Shown: positions 7,482-18,199 of the stretch, one piece after another
How the letters are laid out: every line of letters begins with the position of its first letter
Numbering within the stretch: the first letter of the stretch is position 1
Source of the DNA: Cyanobacteria bacterium P01_A01_bin.123
GTDB taxonomy: Bacteria; Cyanobacteriota; Cyanobacteriia; Phormidesmidales; Phormidesmidaceae
Assembly: GCA_039815185.1 (NCBI GenBank)
Contig: JBCBZT010000065.1
Span: 1-34,634 of the forward strand
Direction: 5' to 3'
DNA: 34,634 nt
Notes under the pieces: generated by a model
Seen by the model: the letters and a program-made list of their open reading frames with translations, nothing else
The model's database searches: none
What the model was told of the DNA's origin: nothing
Translations under genes and position numbers: made by a program

Positions 7482-9491
7482 CTACAACGTTAGGGGGATA
7501 GTGGGCAGTTCGCGACCATCGGCTTCATCATCTAATTGGGACGCTTCATTCGCTTCAGGATTTGAGGGCGCTTCAGGATTTGAGGGCGCTTCAGGATTTG
7601 AGGGACTAGATGCCGCCTCCCCTTCTAAAATTTCAGGTTCAGTCGGGTTAATTGTGGTTTCTCCTTCTGTAATCGCTTCAGGGACAACACTAGGTTCTGA
7701 CAGCTCGGTAGCTTCAGGCATCTCGGGCAGATCCAGCTCTGTCGGCTGGGTAACGGCTTCTGGTCCTACAGGATTTTGAGGTGCGGTTTTAGGTTCAGAA
7801 CCTTGGGGATCGAGCGATCGCTGAAATCGATTGCGAAAATTACTGAACCGATTAAACATACCTGCTTCTGGACCATTTTCTGGGGACGTTGGGGGTTGCG
7901 CTGTTGGAGGCACGATTTCGGGTATGGCAGGGATGCCGGGAGCATCTTCTTGCAATTCCACTGCTGCGGTTGGGTCATTCGACGACATCGATTCAGGCAA
8001 TGCTTCCTCAAGCCTGTCAGCAGCGGTTGGTAAATCGTCCATGCTTGTTGGCTTATCTTTAAGCTCAGCACCCGTCTGGTCTTGAAGCGACTCAGTATTA
8101 GTAGAGGCCGGTAGTTCTAATTGCTCCGACGGTGGGGGGCCACTTTCGGGCAGTTCCTCGTCCAACTCATCTATTGATTGAGTTGGCGCTACTAATTCAG
8201 GTAATTTAGGCTCAGGGGCAGTTTCTGATGGAGGCATGACTCCCTTTTCGACGTCATCTTCTGCCTCAATCTGCTCATTATTTTCTGCGTCTGAACTCGG
8301 GGACGTTTCTAAGGTTCCAATGGGTTCTGGTTCAGCGTCCAGAATTACGGGCATGTCATTAGCTACACCACTGGATTCCGCCGATTCATCATCAGGACTC
8401 GCGTCAACTTCAGGCAGTTGTTCCTCGGAGCCCAAGACTTCTGCTGGGATTTCAGCCCCTTCAGCGGCTTCGGGTTCAGGTTTGGCTACTTCGGGTTTGG
8501 CTACTTCGGGTTCGGCAGGCAGTTCTGGTTCAACTGGGGGCTGGTAGTTTTGATCGATGATGCGGCCAACCTCTGCGATCGCGACTTCGTCCCGCATCAG
8601 TTTTGATAAAGTATCTTCCCCATCTGGGGCATATTCAATCAAACGCACTTCATTATTAAAGACGTTTTCGATCGGATCGCCATTTTCATCGATTAAGGCC
8701 AACTGCACCCAGTTTGTACCGGACTTAAATCCCTTGAGATAAATTGGTTGCCACTGATCAAACACAAAGCTTTGACCATTCACCGTACAGCGCACCCGCC
8801 AGTCTAAGACCTCGTCCTCGTCATCTTCTTGGGCAACCATATGTAGGGGTGCGTTGGTTAAATAAAAATCCAACATGATAGGTTCTGCCCCATAGCTACC
8901 TTGGGGGCGGCTGTAGGTCAACAAGGGGCGATCGCGATCGGGGCTATATCGCGGCGTCTTAGTAAATACATGAAATGTGGTTTCTGCAAAGGCCCCTTGA
9001 TTCTTGAAGCTTTCATACCAAGGTCGAGATGCAAACACCCGTAGGGTATGGCTACCCGGTGTTAAGTCAGAAAACACTAATGTTTCACGGGGATTGTAAA
9101 CTGCCTGATAGGGACGATCATCTAGAAATACGTGCAGATGTGGCCCTAAGCCCAAATCCTCATCTTTGAACAGGGGCAAATCTTTAACCTGGAACTTAAC
9201 TGATACTGACGTGTCTTGAATAACTTGCCCAGGTTGGGGCACCAAAATTTTGACTTGGGGTTGATAACGTTCTAGAGATTGCCGCAGCGTCTGAATAATT
9301 TGGGGTGGCGAGACTTCAGCAATACGCCCCGCAAGCTGATTAGGGGTTTCACTCGGTTCTGATAGGAGGTTTTGTGGCGTAGCGCGATCGCGACTGATGC
9401 TGCAACCTGCCAAACTCACAATAGTCACTATGACCAGCACCAGGTTGACAACCCGATGCCATGGTCGTTGCCCCCATTTAAATTTCACCAT
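7482..9491 (-). CDS. Putative lipoprotein: conserved cyanobacterial N-terminal domain plus long acidic Pro/Glu-rich disordered tail
   Basis: Lipobox-like IVSLAG/C. GPHLHVFLD, PGSHTLRVF and EPIMLDFYL motifs in the first half. The C-terminal half is E/P/S/A low complexity. Start could also be 9515-9524. Confidence 0.8.
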   Translation of the reverse strand: MVKFKWGQRPWHRVVNLVLVIVTIVSLAGCSISRDRATPQNLLSEPSETPNQLAGRIAEVSPPQIIQTLRQSLERYQPQVKILVPQPGQVIQDTSVSVKFQVKDLPLFKDEDLGLGPHLHVFLDDRPYQAVYNPRETLVFSDLTPGSHTLRVFASRPWYESFKNQGAFAETTFHVFTKTPRYSPDRDRPLLTYSRPQGSYGAEPIMLDFYLTNAPLHMVAQEDDEDEVLDWRVRCTVNGQSFVFDQWQPIYLKGFKSGTNWVQLALIDENGDPIENVFNNEVRLIEYAPDGEDTLSKLMRDEVAIAEVGRIIDQNYQPPVEPELPAEPEVAKPEVAKPEPEAAEGAEIPAEVLGSEEQLPEVDASPDDESAESSGVANDMPVILDAEPEPIGTLETSPSSDAENNEQIEAEDDVEKGVMPPSETAPEPKLPELVAPTQSIDELDEELPESGPPPSEQLELPASTNTESLQDQTGAELKDKPTSMDDLPTAADRLEEALPESMSSNDPTAAVELQEDAPGIPAIPEIVPPTAQPPTSPENGPEAGMFNRFSNFRNRFQRSLDPQGSEPKTAPQNPVGPEAVTQPTELDLPEMPEATELSEPSVVPEAITEGETTINPTEPEILEGEAASSPSNPEAPSNPEAPSNPEANEASQLDDEADGRELPTIPLTL
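7551..7604. repeat. Perfect 18-bp tandem repeat x3 (PSNPEA)
   Basis: CGCTTCAGGATTTGAGGG at 7551, 7569 and 7587. Confidence 0.95.
8479..8512. repeat. 15-bp tandem repeat x2 (PEVAK)
   Basis: GGTTTGGCTACTTCG at 8479 and 8494. Confidence 0.9.
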
Positions 9492-9626
9492 ATCAACCCT
9501 TCTATTCAAGCCCATTGGCATCATACGACCTAGGGTAGGCCCCTAGCGCATTGAGCAAACTGACTTAATTCCCGAGTAGTTCAAATAAGTGTTTCTGAAT
9601 AGATAAATAAGGAGATTGCCAATAAA

Positions 9627-9644
9627 TTTACATATTTTTATATT
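9627..9644 (+). promoter_or_regulatory. HLR1 (RpaB) site upstream of psaA
   Basis: TTTACATA-TT-TTTATATT, one mismatch to the HLR1 consensus. RpaB/HLR1 control of psaAB is established in cyanobacteria. Confidence 0.6.
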
Positions 9645-9813
9645 TATTGACCGACACTCCTGATTTTCGCCCAAGCAGTATTTAGTTTTGTTAATTCAGG
9701 CTATAAATAACCTCGATTTCGTGCTCCCTGTAACCGTGCAAGCCTTATGAAGTCAGCACTTCCACAGCTTGAATTATTGTTAACTCGCTTCAAAAACCAT
9801 CAGATCACACGAC

Positions 9814-9819
9814 TATAAT
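9814..9819 (+). promoter_or_regulatory. Likely psaA -10 element
   Basis: Perfect TATAAT about 130 nt upstream of the psaA ATG, consistent with a long psaA 5' UTR. Confidence 0.55.
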
Positions 9820-9948
9820 GCTCAAGAGCACTGCCATATCAAATGCATAAGCTCTATTGAAGGAAACTTTGATAATTGGTTGATGCAATTGAATGGTAAA
9901 TCTATTGAGAACATTGCTCATTCCTTGTCTAGAGAGAGGAGAGTCTCC

Positions 9949-12213
9949 ATGACAACTACCCCGCGCGAGCGGGAGGCAGAGGTCAAGGTCTCGGTTGATG
10001 AAAATCCGGTTCCCACTTCATTTGAAAAGTGGGCTAAGCCAGGTCACTTCGATCGCACCTTAGCTCGAGGTCCCAAAACCACCACCTGGATTTGGAACCT
10101 CCATGCCGACGCTCACGATTTTGATAGTCACACAAGCGACTTAGAAGATATTTCCCGGAAAATCTTCAGCGCTCATTTTGGTCACTTAGCCATTGTGTTT
10201 ATTTGGCTGAGCGGCATGTACTTCCATGGCGCTCGGTTTTCTAACTATGAAGCTTGGTTAGTAGATCCCCTTAGCATTAAGCCCAGTGCTCAGGTCGTTT
10301 GGCCCATCGTGGGTCAAGAGATTTTGAACGCCGATGTGGGTGGCGGATTCCATGGAATCCAAATCACGACTGGTTTTTTCCAGCTTTGGCGGGCTTCTGG
10401 CATTACCAACAGCTATCAGCTTTACTGCACCGCCATCGGTGGGTTAGTGATGGCAGGTCTAATGCTGTTCGCAGGCTGGTTTCATTATCACAAAAAGGCT
10501 CCCAAGCTGGAGTGGTTCCAGAATGTAGAGTCTATGATGAACCACCACCTGGCAGGATTGCTGGGTTTGGGTTGCTTGAGTTGGGCAGGGCACCAAATTC
10601 ACGTGTCTTTGCCGATTAATAAGCTGCTGGATTCTGGAGTCGCCCCTGCGGATATCCCGCTACCCCATGAGTTCATTTTGGATAAAAGCCTGATGGCTGA
10701 GCTGTATCCCAGCTTTGCTGAAGGATTAAAGCCCTTCTTTACCCTTAATTGGGCGGCTTATTCTGACTTTTTAACCTTCAAGGGTGGCTTGAACCCTGTT
10801 ACCGGTGGCCTTTGGCTCTCCGATACAGCGCACCATCACTTGGCTTTGGCTGTGCTCTTCATCGTGGCGGGACATATGTACCGCACCAACTGGGGCATTG
10901 GTCACAGCATGAAGGAAATCTTAGAAGGTCATAAAGGCGACCCACTCCTGTTTGGTGGCAAAGGGCACGATGGTCTCTACGAAAACCTGACCACATCTTG
11001 GCATGCACAGTTGGCAGTGAACCTTGCCATTTTGGGTTCTCTGACCATCATCGTGGCTCACCACATGTATGCCATGCCGCCTTATCCGTACATCGCAACG
11101 GATTATCCGGCGCAACTATCTCTGTTTACCCACCACATGTGGATCGGCGGTTTCTGTATCGTCGGTGCTGGGGCTCATGCTGCCATCTTTATGGTGCGTG
11201 ATTACGATCCAGCCGTGAACATGGATAATGCCCTCGATCGGATGCTGCGGTCTCGAGATGCGATTATTTCCCACCTCAACTGGGTTTGCATCTTCCTAGG
11301 CTTCCACAGCTTTGGTCTGTATATCCACAACGACACGATGCAGGCGTTGGGTCGACCTCAGGACATGTTTTCTGATAGTGCGATTCAGCTTCAGCCTATC
11401 TTTGCTCAATGGATTCAAGGTCTCCATGCAGCAGCAGCGGGGGCAACAGCGCCCAATGCTTTGGCTGGTGTGAGCCCTGCTTTTGGGGGTGACATTGTTG
11501 CCGTTGGCGGCAAAGTCGCCATGATGCCGATTACCTTAGGTACGGCAGACTTCATGGTGCACCACATCCACGCATTCACGATTCACGTGACGGTGTTGAT
11601 TCTGCTGAAAGGTGTGCTTTATGCCCGGAGCTCTCGTCTAGTTCCTGACAAGGGTGAACTCGGTTTCCGTTTCCCTTGCGATGGTCCAGGTCGGGGTGGC
11701 ACCTGCCAGGTTTCTGGTTGGGATCACGTCTTCTTAGGGTTGTTCTGGATGTACAACTCCTTGTCAATTGTGATTTTCCACTTCAGTTGGAAGATGCAAT
11801 CTGATGTTTGGGGAACAGTCTCCGCAAACGGTTCGGTTTCCCACATTACGGGTGGCAACTTTGCAACCGGAGCCCTTACCATCAACGGCTGGCTGCGCGA
11901 CTTCCTATGGGCGCAGGCCTCCCAGGTAATTGGTTCTTATGGTTCAGCCCTGTCGGCCTATGGCCTGCTGTTCCTTGGTGCTCACTTCGTTTGGGCCTTT
12001 AGTTTGATGTTCTTGTTTAGTGGCCGTGGCTACTGGCAAGAGCTAATTGAGTCGATTGTTTGGGCTCATAACAAGCTAAAAGTTGCGCCTGCAATTCAAC
12101 CTCGTGCTCTGAGTATCACTCAGGGACGTGCGGTAGGAGTAGCACACTACCTCCTAGGCGGAATCGTCACGACGTGGGCGTTCTTCCTGGCTCGAATTAT
12201 TGCAGTTGGATAA
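9949..12213 (+). CDS. psaA: Photosystem I P700 apoprotein A1 (754 aa)
   Basis: MTTTPRERE... after SD GAGGAG. Contains [18 protein letters not shown] motif [12 protein letters not shown] and C-terminal [10 protein letters not shown]. Start moved from 9880 to 9949. Confidence 0.99.
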   Translation: MTTTPREREAEVKVSVDENPVPTSFEKWAKPGHFDRTLARGPKTTTWIWNLHADAHDFDSHTSDLEDISRKIFSAHFGHLAIVFIWLSGMYFHGARFSNYEAWLVDPLSIKPSAQVVWPIVGQEILNADVGGGFHGIQITTGFFQLWRASGITNSYQLYCTAIGGLVMAGLMLFAGWFHYHKKAPKLEWFQNVESMMNHHLAGLLGLGCLSWAGHQIHVSLPINKLLDSGVAPADIPLPHEFILDKSLMAELYPSFAEGLKPFFTLNWAAYSDFLTFKGGLNPVTGGLWLSDTAHHHLALAVLFIVAGHMYRTNWGIGHSMKEILEGHKGDPLLFGGKGHDGLYENLTTSWHAQLAVNLAILGSLTIIVAHHMYAMPPYPYIATDYPAQLSLFTHHMWIGGFCIVGAGAHAAIFMVRDYDPAVNMDNALDRMLRSRDAIISHLNWVCIFLGFHSFGLYIHNDTMQALGRPQDMFSDSAIQLQPIFAQWIQGLHAAAAGATAPNALAGVSPAFGGDIVAVGGKVAMMPITLGTADFMVHHIHAFTIHVTVLILLKGVLYARSSRLVPDKGELGFRFPCDGPGRGGTCQVSGWDHVFLGLFWMYNSLSIVIFHFSWKMQSDVWGTVSANGSVSHITGGNFATGALTINGWLRDFLWAQASQVIGSYGSALSAYGLLFLGAHFVWAFSLMFLFSGRGYWQELIESIVWAHNKLKVAPAIQPRALSITQGRAVGVAHYLLGGIVTTWAFFLARIIAVG

Positions 12214-12239
12214 GGAGCGCGGAGGACTCATAAAGACAT

Positions 12240-14462
12240 ATGGCAACTAAATTCCCGAAATTTAGCCAGGATCTGGCAGCCGATCCGACGACTCGTCGGA
12301 TTTGGTACGGGATTGCCACGGCTCACGATTTTGAAAGCCACGATGGCATGACTGAGGAAAATCTTTATCAAAAGATTTTTGCCTCTCACTTTGGCCACTT
12401 GGCGATCATTTTCCTCTGGACCTCCGGCAATCTGTTCCATGTCGCCTGGCAAGGTAACTTCCCGCAGTGGGTTCAAGATCCACTGAATGTTCGTCCCATC
12501 GCCCATGCGATTTGGGATCCTCACTTTGGTCAGCCTGCGGTAGATGCGTTTACCCAAGCTGGTGCTTCTGGCCCGGTTAACATTGCGTTTTCTGGGGTCT
12601 ATCACTGGTGGTACACCATCGGTATGCGAACCAACGATGATTTGTATACGGGTGCCGTTTTCCTCTTGTTGCTATCTGCGATCTTCTTGTTCGCAGGTTG
12701 GCTGCATCTCCAACCCAAATTCCGTCCCAGCCTTTCTTGGTTTAAGAATGCCGAGTCTCGCCTCAACCATCACCTCGCAGGTTTGTTTGGTGTGAGTTCC
12801 TTAGCTTGGACTGGGCACCTGGTTCACGTTGCAATTCCTGAAGCACGGGGCCAGCATGTCGGTTGGGATAACTTTTTGTCTACCCCGCCTCACCCGGCTG
12901 GTTTGGCTCCCTTCTTCACTGGTAATTGGGGCGTTTACGCTCAAAACCCAGATACGATGGGCCACGTGTTTGGGACTTCTGAAGGCGCAGGTACGGCGAT
13001 TTTGACCTTCTTGGGTGGCTTCCATCCTCAGACAGAGGCGCTCTGGCTGACGGATATTGCCCACCACCACTTGGCGATCGCAGTGATTTTCATTGTTGCG
13101 GGGCACATGTACCGGACTAACTTCGGTATTGGCCACAGCATCAAGGAAATTCTGAACGCCCACAATCCTCCGTCAGGCACGCCTGGCGACTTGGGTGAAG
13201 GTCACAAGGGTCTCTATGACACCTTGAACAATTCCCTACACTTCCAGTTGGCACTAGCCTTAGCGTCTCTGGGTGTGATTACCTCCTTGGTGGCGCAGCA
13301 CATGTATGCGCTGCCTTCCTATGCCTTCATCGCAAAGGATTACACCACCCAGGCTGCCCTTTATACTCACCACCAGTACATTGCTGGTTTCATTATGGTG
13401 GGTGCGTTTGCTCACGGTGCGATTTTCTTAATCCGTGACTACGATCCGGCGGCTAACAAGAACAATGTTCTAGACCGAGTCCTAGAGCACAAAGAGGCGA
13501 TCATCTCTCACTTGAGCTGGGTTTCCCTGTTCTTGGGCTTCCACACTTTGGGGCTTTACGTCCACAACGATGTGGTCGTGGCTTTTGGCACCCCTGAAAA
13601 GCAGATTCTAGTTGAACCTGTGTTTGCTCAATGGGTACAGGCCGCATCTGGCAAGATGCTTTATGGGTTTGACACCTTGTTGTCTAATCCTGACAGTATT
13701 GCGACAACGGCTTGGCCCAATGGCGCTAATGTTTGGCTTCCAGGCTGGATGGATGCGATCAACAGCGGTACTAACTCTTTGTTCTTGAACATTGGCCCAG
13801 GAGATTTCTTAGTTCACCACGCGATCGCGTTGGGTCTCCATACCACCACCTTGATCTTGGTCAAAGGTGCATTGGATGCTCGGGGTTCTAAGCTGATGCC
13901 CGACAAGAAGGACTTCGGCTACAGCTTCCCTTGTGACGGCCCTGGTCGTGGCGGTACGTGCGACATCTCTGCTTGGGATGCGTTCTACCTGGCCATGTTC
14001 TGGATGCTGAACACCATTGGTTGGGTGACGTTCTACTGGCACTGGAAGCATTTGAGCATCTGGTCGGGTAACGTGGCTCAGTTTAATGAGAGTTCTAATT
14101 ACCTGATGGGTTGGCTCAAGGATTACCTGTGGCTCAACTCCTCTCAGTTAATCAATGGCTATAACACCTATGGCATGAACAATCTGGCGGTTTGGGCTTG
14201 GATGTTCCTATTTGGACACCTGGTCTGGGCGACTGGATTTATGTTCTTGATTAGCTGGCGTGGTTACTGGCAAGAGCTGATTGAAACCATTGTTTGGGCT
14301 CACGAGCGCACGCCTCTAGCGAACCTAGTTCGCTGGAAGGACAAGCCCGTTGCCCTATCAATTGTGCAGGCTCGTGTGGTTGGTTTAGCTCACTTTACTG
14401 TGGGTTACATCCTCACCTACGCCGCCTTCCTCATTGCCTCAACCTCAAGCCGATTTGGTTAA
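12240..14462 (+). CDS. psaB: Photosystem I P700 apoprotein A2
   Basis: [49 protein letters not shown]. Confidence 0.99.
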   Translation: MATKFPKFSQDLAADPTTRRIWYGIATAHDFESHDGMTEENLYQKIFASHFGHLAIIFLWTSGNLFHVAWQGNFPQWVQDPLNVRPIAHAIWDPHFGQPAVDAFTQAGASGPVNIAFSGVYHWWYTIGMRTNDDLYTGAVFLLLLSAIFLFAGWLHLQPKFRPSLSWFKNAESRLNHHLAGLFGVSSLAWTGHLVHVAIPEARGQHVGWDNFLSTPPHPAGLAPFFTGNWGVYAQNPDTMGHVFGTSEGAGTAILTFLGGFHPQTEALWLTDIAHHHLAIAVIFIVAGHMYRTNFGIGHSIKEILNAHNPPSGTPGDLGEGHKGLYDTLNNSLHFQLALALASLGVITSLVAQHMYALPSYAFIAKDYTTQAALYTHHQYIAGFIMVGAFAHGAIFLIRDYDPAANKNNVLDRVLEHKEAIISHLSWVSLFLGFHTLGLYVHNDVVVAFGTPEKQILVEPVFAQWVQAASGKMLYGFDTLLSNPDSIATTAWPNGANVWLPGWMDAINSGTNSLFLNIGPGDFLVHHAIALGLHTTTLILVKGALDARGSKLMPDKKDFGYSFPCDGPGRGGTCDISAWDAFYLAMFWMLNTIGWVTFYWHWKHLSIWSGNVAQFNESSNYLMGWLKDYLWLNSSQLINGYNTYGMNNLAVWAWMFLFGHLVWATGFMFLISWRGYWQELIETIVWAHERTPLANLVRWKDKPVALSIVQARVVGLAHFTVGYILTYAAFLIASTSSRFG

Positions 14463-14494
14463 CGGCTGAGATTAGTTAGGTAAGACAACATTAG

Positions 14495-14531
14495 AGAGTC
14501 CCTTGGAGTGATCTGGGGGACTCTTCTTTTT
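14495..14531 (+). terminator. Intrinsic terminator of psaAB
   Basis: AGAGTCCCTTGGA-GTGA-TCTGGGGGACTCT: 13-bp stem with G-U pairs on the + strand, GNRA loop, then TCTTTTT. Confidence 0.85.
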
Positions 14532-14535
14532 AATA

Positions 14536-14886
14536 TTAATACCCACCGAAAAGCATTATCCAGCAACCCCCGTTTACTAAAGCCGTCAATACAGCACCAA
14601 CGATGACGCCCTTCATCAATGCAAAGTTGCGTTTTCTAATCAAATAGATGATCAGCGGCACAACATACAAGAGTTGAAAAACGCCCACACCAAAAAATGC
14701 GGCAAATCCCACGATCGGGAACGAGCCCAAAATACCTGAGAATGCGTCAGATCCGCCAGGTAAGATTGAAAAAAGCGCAGCGGCAGCCGTTAAGATCAAA
14801 CTCACTAGCACCCAAGCAATGAGGTGACAGGCAAAGGTCAATAAAGCGCCTGCAATAATACCGCTAATTTGATTTCTTTGGCTCAT
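14536..14886 (-). CDS. Small hypothetical membrane protein (about 3 TM)
   Basis: 116-aa hydrophobic ORF with GVGVFQLLYVVP and KGVIVGAVLTALVNGGCW segments. It fills the psaB-glgB gap. Confidence 0.75.
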   Translation of the reverse strand: MSQRNQISGIIAGALLTFACHLIAWVLVSLILTAAAALFSILPGGSDAFSGILGSFPIVGFAAFFGVGVFQLLYVVPLIIYLIRKRNFALMKGVIVGAVLTALVNGGCWIMLFGGY

Positions 14887-14904
14887 GGTAGATCAACCAA
14901 AATG

Positions 14905-14945
14905 ACATCTCTCCCAAAACAAACTGATTGCCTTGGGAGAGATGT
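14905..14945 (-). terminator. glgB 3' stem-loop
   Basis: On the - strand ACAUCUCUCCCAAGGCAA/UUGUUUUGGGAGAGAUGU forms 18 bp with two G-U pairs, followed by CAUUUU. Confidence 0.7.
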
Positions 14946-14987
14946 TTAAATCCTAGTGACAACTCACCTATGCCTAAGACAACCCAG

Positions 14988-17279
14988 TTATTCGTCCGGT
15001 AACTGCTTAGCGCGATCAAGCTTAAAGACAACAGTCGCCAGCGGCGGCAACGTTAAATCTAACGAATAGGGTCGATTATGGAACGACCAATCATCTGTCC
15101 ATTTGCCACCTAGATTGCCCATGTTACTGCCACCAAACTCACGGGCATCGCTATTGAACATTTCTTTGTAGAATCCAGGTTTAGGGACGCCGACACGGTA
15201 GTGACTGTGGGGTTGGGGGGTAAAGTTACAGACAGTAACGATGAAATCTTCACTGTCTTTATCCCAACGCAAAAAAGACGCCACACTGTGGCGATTGTCG
15301 CTACAGTCAACCCACTCAAACCCTTCTTGGGAAAAGTCTTGGGTATAAAGAGACGGTTCACTGCGATAGAAAGTATTGAGCTTGGTAATAAAGTTCTTTA
15401 GCCCCTGGTGGGGTGCAAATTCCAATAGCTGCCACTCTAGATCACCCCAGACATTCCATTCACTCCACTGACCAAATTCCATGCTCATGAACAATGTCTT
15501 TTTACCAGGGTGGGTAAACATGAACGTGTAAAGACAGCGCAAATTTGCAAACTTTTGCCACTCATCTCCAGGCATTTTGCCCAGCATGTTGCTCTTGCCA
15601 TGGACAACTTCGTCATGGGAGAGCGCCAACATAAAGTTTTCGCTAAAGGCATACCAGATGCTAAAAGTAACGTTGTTCTGGTGGAATTGGCGGAACCAAG
15701 GATCCATGCTGAAGTAGTCAAGCATGTCGTGCATCCAACCCATGTTCCATTTGAGGTTGAAGCCTAGGCCGCCGACATAGGTTGGCCAAGATACCATCGG
15801 CCAGGAAGTGGATTCTTCAGCAATAGAAAGGGTGCCAGGGAAATAGCTAAATAAAAGGTGGTTTACCTGACGTAGGAAATCAGCGGCTTCGATGTTTTCG
15901 CGACCGCCGTAGTCGTTGGTTACCCATTCACCAGGTTCGCGGCAGTAGTCGAGATAAAGCATGGACGCGACGGCATCGACTCGAACACCGTCGATGTGAT
16001 ACTTGTCGAACCAAAACAGGGCGTTGGCGACTAAGAAGTTGCGAACCTCGTTGCGCGAATAGTTGAAGACCAGGGTGCCCCATTCTTTATGTTCACCCTT
16101 GCGTGGATCGGCATGTTCATAAAGGTGAGTGCCATCAAAAAAGGCCAAGCCATGTCCGTCCTTGGGGAAGTGACCGGGTACCCAGTCCACAATCACACCA
16201 ATGCCGTTTTGGTGACACTGGTCGATGAAGTACATCAAATCTTGAGGAGAACCATAGCGAGAGGTGGCGGCATAGTATCCTGTGACTTGATATCCCCAGG
16301 AGCCATCAAAAGGGTGCTCCGCAACGGGTAGCAGCTCAATGTGGGTAAAGCCAAGTTCTTTCACATAGGGAATCAGCTTATCGGCTAATTCTCGATAGGT
16401 GAGGAAGCGAGCACCGGGTTTAAGATCAGCCACGGAGACGGGCGGCTCTTCAGTGCCATCGGGGCGTAGCGCAGGGGTCGCTGTGGAGCCGTGGAGCCAA
16501 GAGCCCAAGTGCAGTTCATAGACTGAAACGGGTTGGGTTAAAGGTTCGGTGCTGCGTCGATTTTCGAGCCAGTCTTGGTCATGCCAGCCATAGCTATCTA
16601 AATCGGCAACAATGGAAGCGGTTTTGGGCCGCACCTCTTGCTGAAAACCATAGGGATCCGACTTCTCATAAATATGGCCTTCAGGGTTTTTGATTTCGTA
16701 CTTGTAGCTGTCGCCAACTTTGACGTCTGGAATAAATAGCTCCCAAATGCCATTGCCGACGGTGCGACGCATCTGGTGTTTGCGACCATCCCAGTAGTTA
16801 AAGTCGCCCAAGACTGAAACGTTGCGGGCATTAGGAGCCCAGACAGCAAAGTATACCCCTTTGACACCATTTACCTCGGCTGGATGGGCACCCAGTTTTT
16901 CATAGATGCGATGGTGGTTGCCTTCAGAAAAAAGGTGGGCATCAAAGTCAGTGATGTTGCAGTTTTTGAAGGCGTAAGGATCATAAATAAATCGTTCGTG
17001 ATCGCCCTCTTTACAGCGTAGTTGGTAGTTGCCCAGATCTTCTGTTTCAATCAAACATTCAAAAAAGTGGGGATTGTGTGTTGACACCATGGGGTGCTCT
17101 TCTCGCCGCTCGGGAAAGACAACCCAGACAGCATCAGCTTGGGGCTGGTAAGCCCGGATCGCCCAGACAGTTTTACCGTTTTCTTGCTGAACTAGGTGAG
17201 GGCCAAGAACCTCAAAAGGATTGTGATGCTGGTTCCAAGCAATTTGATCAATTTGTTCTGAAGCAACCGTCGCTGGCAT
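14988..17279 (-). CDS. glgB: 1,4-alpha-glucan branching enzyme
   Basis: GH13 motifs [27 protein letters not shown] and [10 protein letters not shown], plus an [11 protein letters not shown]48 segment. Confidence 0.97.
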   Translation of the reverse strand: MPATVASEQIDQIAWNQHHNPFEVLGPHLVQQENGKTVWAIRAYQPQADAVWVVFPERREEHPMVSTHNPHFFECLIETEDLGNYQLRCKEGDHERFIYDPYAFKNCNITDFDAHLFSEGNHHRIYEKLGAHPAEVNGVKGVYFAVWAPNARNVSVLGDFNYWDGRKHQMRRTVGNGIWELFIPDVKVGDSYKYEIKNPEGHIYEKSDPYGFQQEVRPKTASIVADLDSYGWHDQDWLENRRSTEPLTQPVSVYELHLGSWLHGSTATPALRPDGTEEPPVSVADLKPGARFLTYRELADKLIPYVKELGFTHIELLPVAEHPFDGSWGYQVTGYYAATSRYGSPQDLMYFIDQCHQNGIGVIVDWVPGHFPKDGHGLAFFDGTHLYEHADPRKGEHKEWGTLVFNYSRNEVRNFLVANALFWFDKYHIDGVRVDAVASMLYLDYCREPGEWVTNDYGGRENIEAADFLRQVNHLLFSYFPGTLSIAEESTSWPMVSWPTYVGGLGFNLKWNMGWMHDMLDYFSMDPWFRQFHQNNVTFSIWYAFSENFMLALSHDEVVHGKSNMLGKMPGDEWQKFANLRCLYTFMFTHPGKKTLFMSMEFGQWSEWNVWGDLEWQLLEFAPHQGLKNFITKLNTFYRSEPSLYTQDFSQEGFEWVDCSDNRHSVASFLRWDKDSEDFIVTVCNFTPQPHSHYRVGVPKPGFYKEMFNSDAREFGGSNMGNLGGKWTDDWSFHNRPYSLDLTLPPLATVVFKLDRAKQLPDE

Positions 17280-17580
17280 AAGTCTTACCCAACCGTAAGT
17301 TTTATATTGAATGTGTCAAAGCTGCCCACTAGCCTCTGAATAACAGTCTGAGGGGCACAAGATCCGCCTAAAGCGAACCAAAATGAGAATTTGAAATTGA
17401 GATAAAAAGCGAAACCCTTAGTTTTCGGGCTAAGGTCGACCAGCAGAGCATATGGCTCAACCGTTCGTCTAGATGCATTTGATATCTGCGAAATAGATTA
17501 ACAAAACTTAGCGGTCTTCAGGGGATTTACCGAACATTTTTTGTCGGCTGTCTGCATCAGTAACCCTGAGAACTAGTGCT

Positions 17581-17913
17581 TTAAGGAATAAATGGGATCA
17601 AGGTGCGGGCTCCGCGACGCAGTTGGAGTAGGAAAATCAGCTGGCGAGTATCGTCAGAAACCGCCAGACGGCTATCGGATGGGCCCTGCAAAGTTTCTTG
17701 TAGGGCGGCATATTCGGCAGCAGTGAGGGGTTGACCATCGAGGGGCGATCGCGCGTCGGTAATAATCTCAGTCCGTAATACCTCTTCCGGCACCTCATTT
17801 TCGGGGGGCAGCGCCCAGGCTAGGGTTGGAGACAGTAGCACACTCAGGCCAAGTACAGGCAATCCCCACAGCACTGAAGTTCTATAGAAGTATGGCCTTT
17901 GGATTCGGATCAT
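17581..17913 (-). CDS. Conserved-looking small exported hypothetical protein
   Basis: Signal-peptide-like N-terminus ending AWA, then PEEVLRTEIITDARSPLDGQPLTAAEYA and C-terminal IPFIP, a pattern I recognise from cyanobacterial hypothetical proteins. Confidence 0.7.
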   Translation of the reverse strand: MIRIQRPYFYRTSVLWGLPVLGLSVLLSPTLAWALPPENEVPEEVLRTEIITDARSPLDGQPLTAAEYAALQETLQGPSDSRLAVSDDTRQLIFLLQLRRGARTLIPFIP

Positions 17914-17988
17914 TTACATGCGCTCTGATTAACTACATCCTCGGCATATTGGTGGCGGTTCAGGGACTGCACCTTCCCGTTGATGTCA

Positions 17989-18020
17989 ATCCACTAGGAT
18001 CTATCCACTAGGGTCTATCC
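17989..18020. repeat. 14-bp tandem duplication
   Basis: ATCCACTAGGATCT ATCCACTAGGGTCT ATCC. Confidence 0.85.
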
Positions 18021-18199
18021 GCCGATTGAAGTTGCCATCTTGGGTAGAGTCGTTAACTCCCATTAACCTCCGCCAGGGGGGTCAACACCTCTCAGTACAA
18101 TAACAGTGTTCTTTGGCATTCAACCCCAGGATCGATTTCCTTCGAGGGTAATGCCCAGGGTGATGTCCGATGACAATAGCGGTATCAGCATGGTGACCC

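Noticed and set aside
7501..8742. Cluster of overlapping S/G/A-rich + strand ORFs
   Set aside because: Antisense shadows of the Pro/Glu-rich tail.
9880..9948. N-terminal extension of PsaA from a TTG start
   Set aside because: The conserved N-terminus and SD indicate ATG 9949. The same reasoning trims accC, cpcT, atpC, groES and the CHAT gene.
9949..14462. Far-red-light (FaRLiP) psaA2/psaB2 pair
   Set aside because: No rfpABC, chlF, or paralogous psb/apc genes nearby. The context and sequence fit the standard PSI operon.
10299..14479. Alternative-frame and antisense ORFs inside psaA/psaB
   Set aside because: Expected by-products of codon bias in highly conserved genes.
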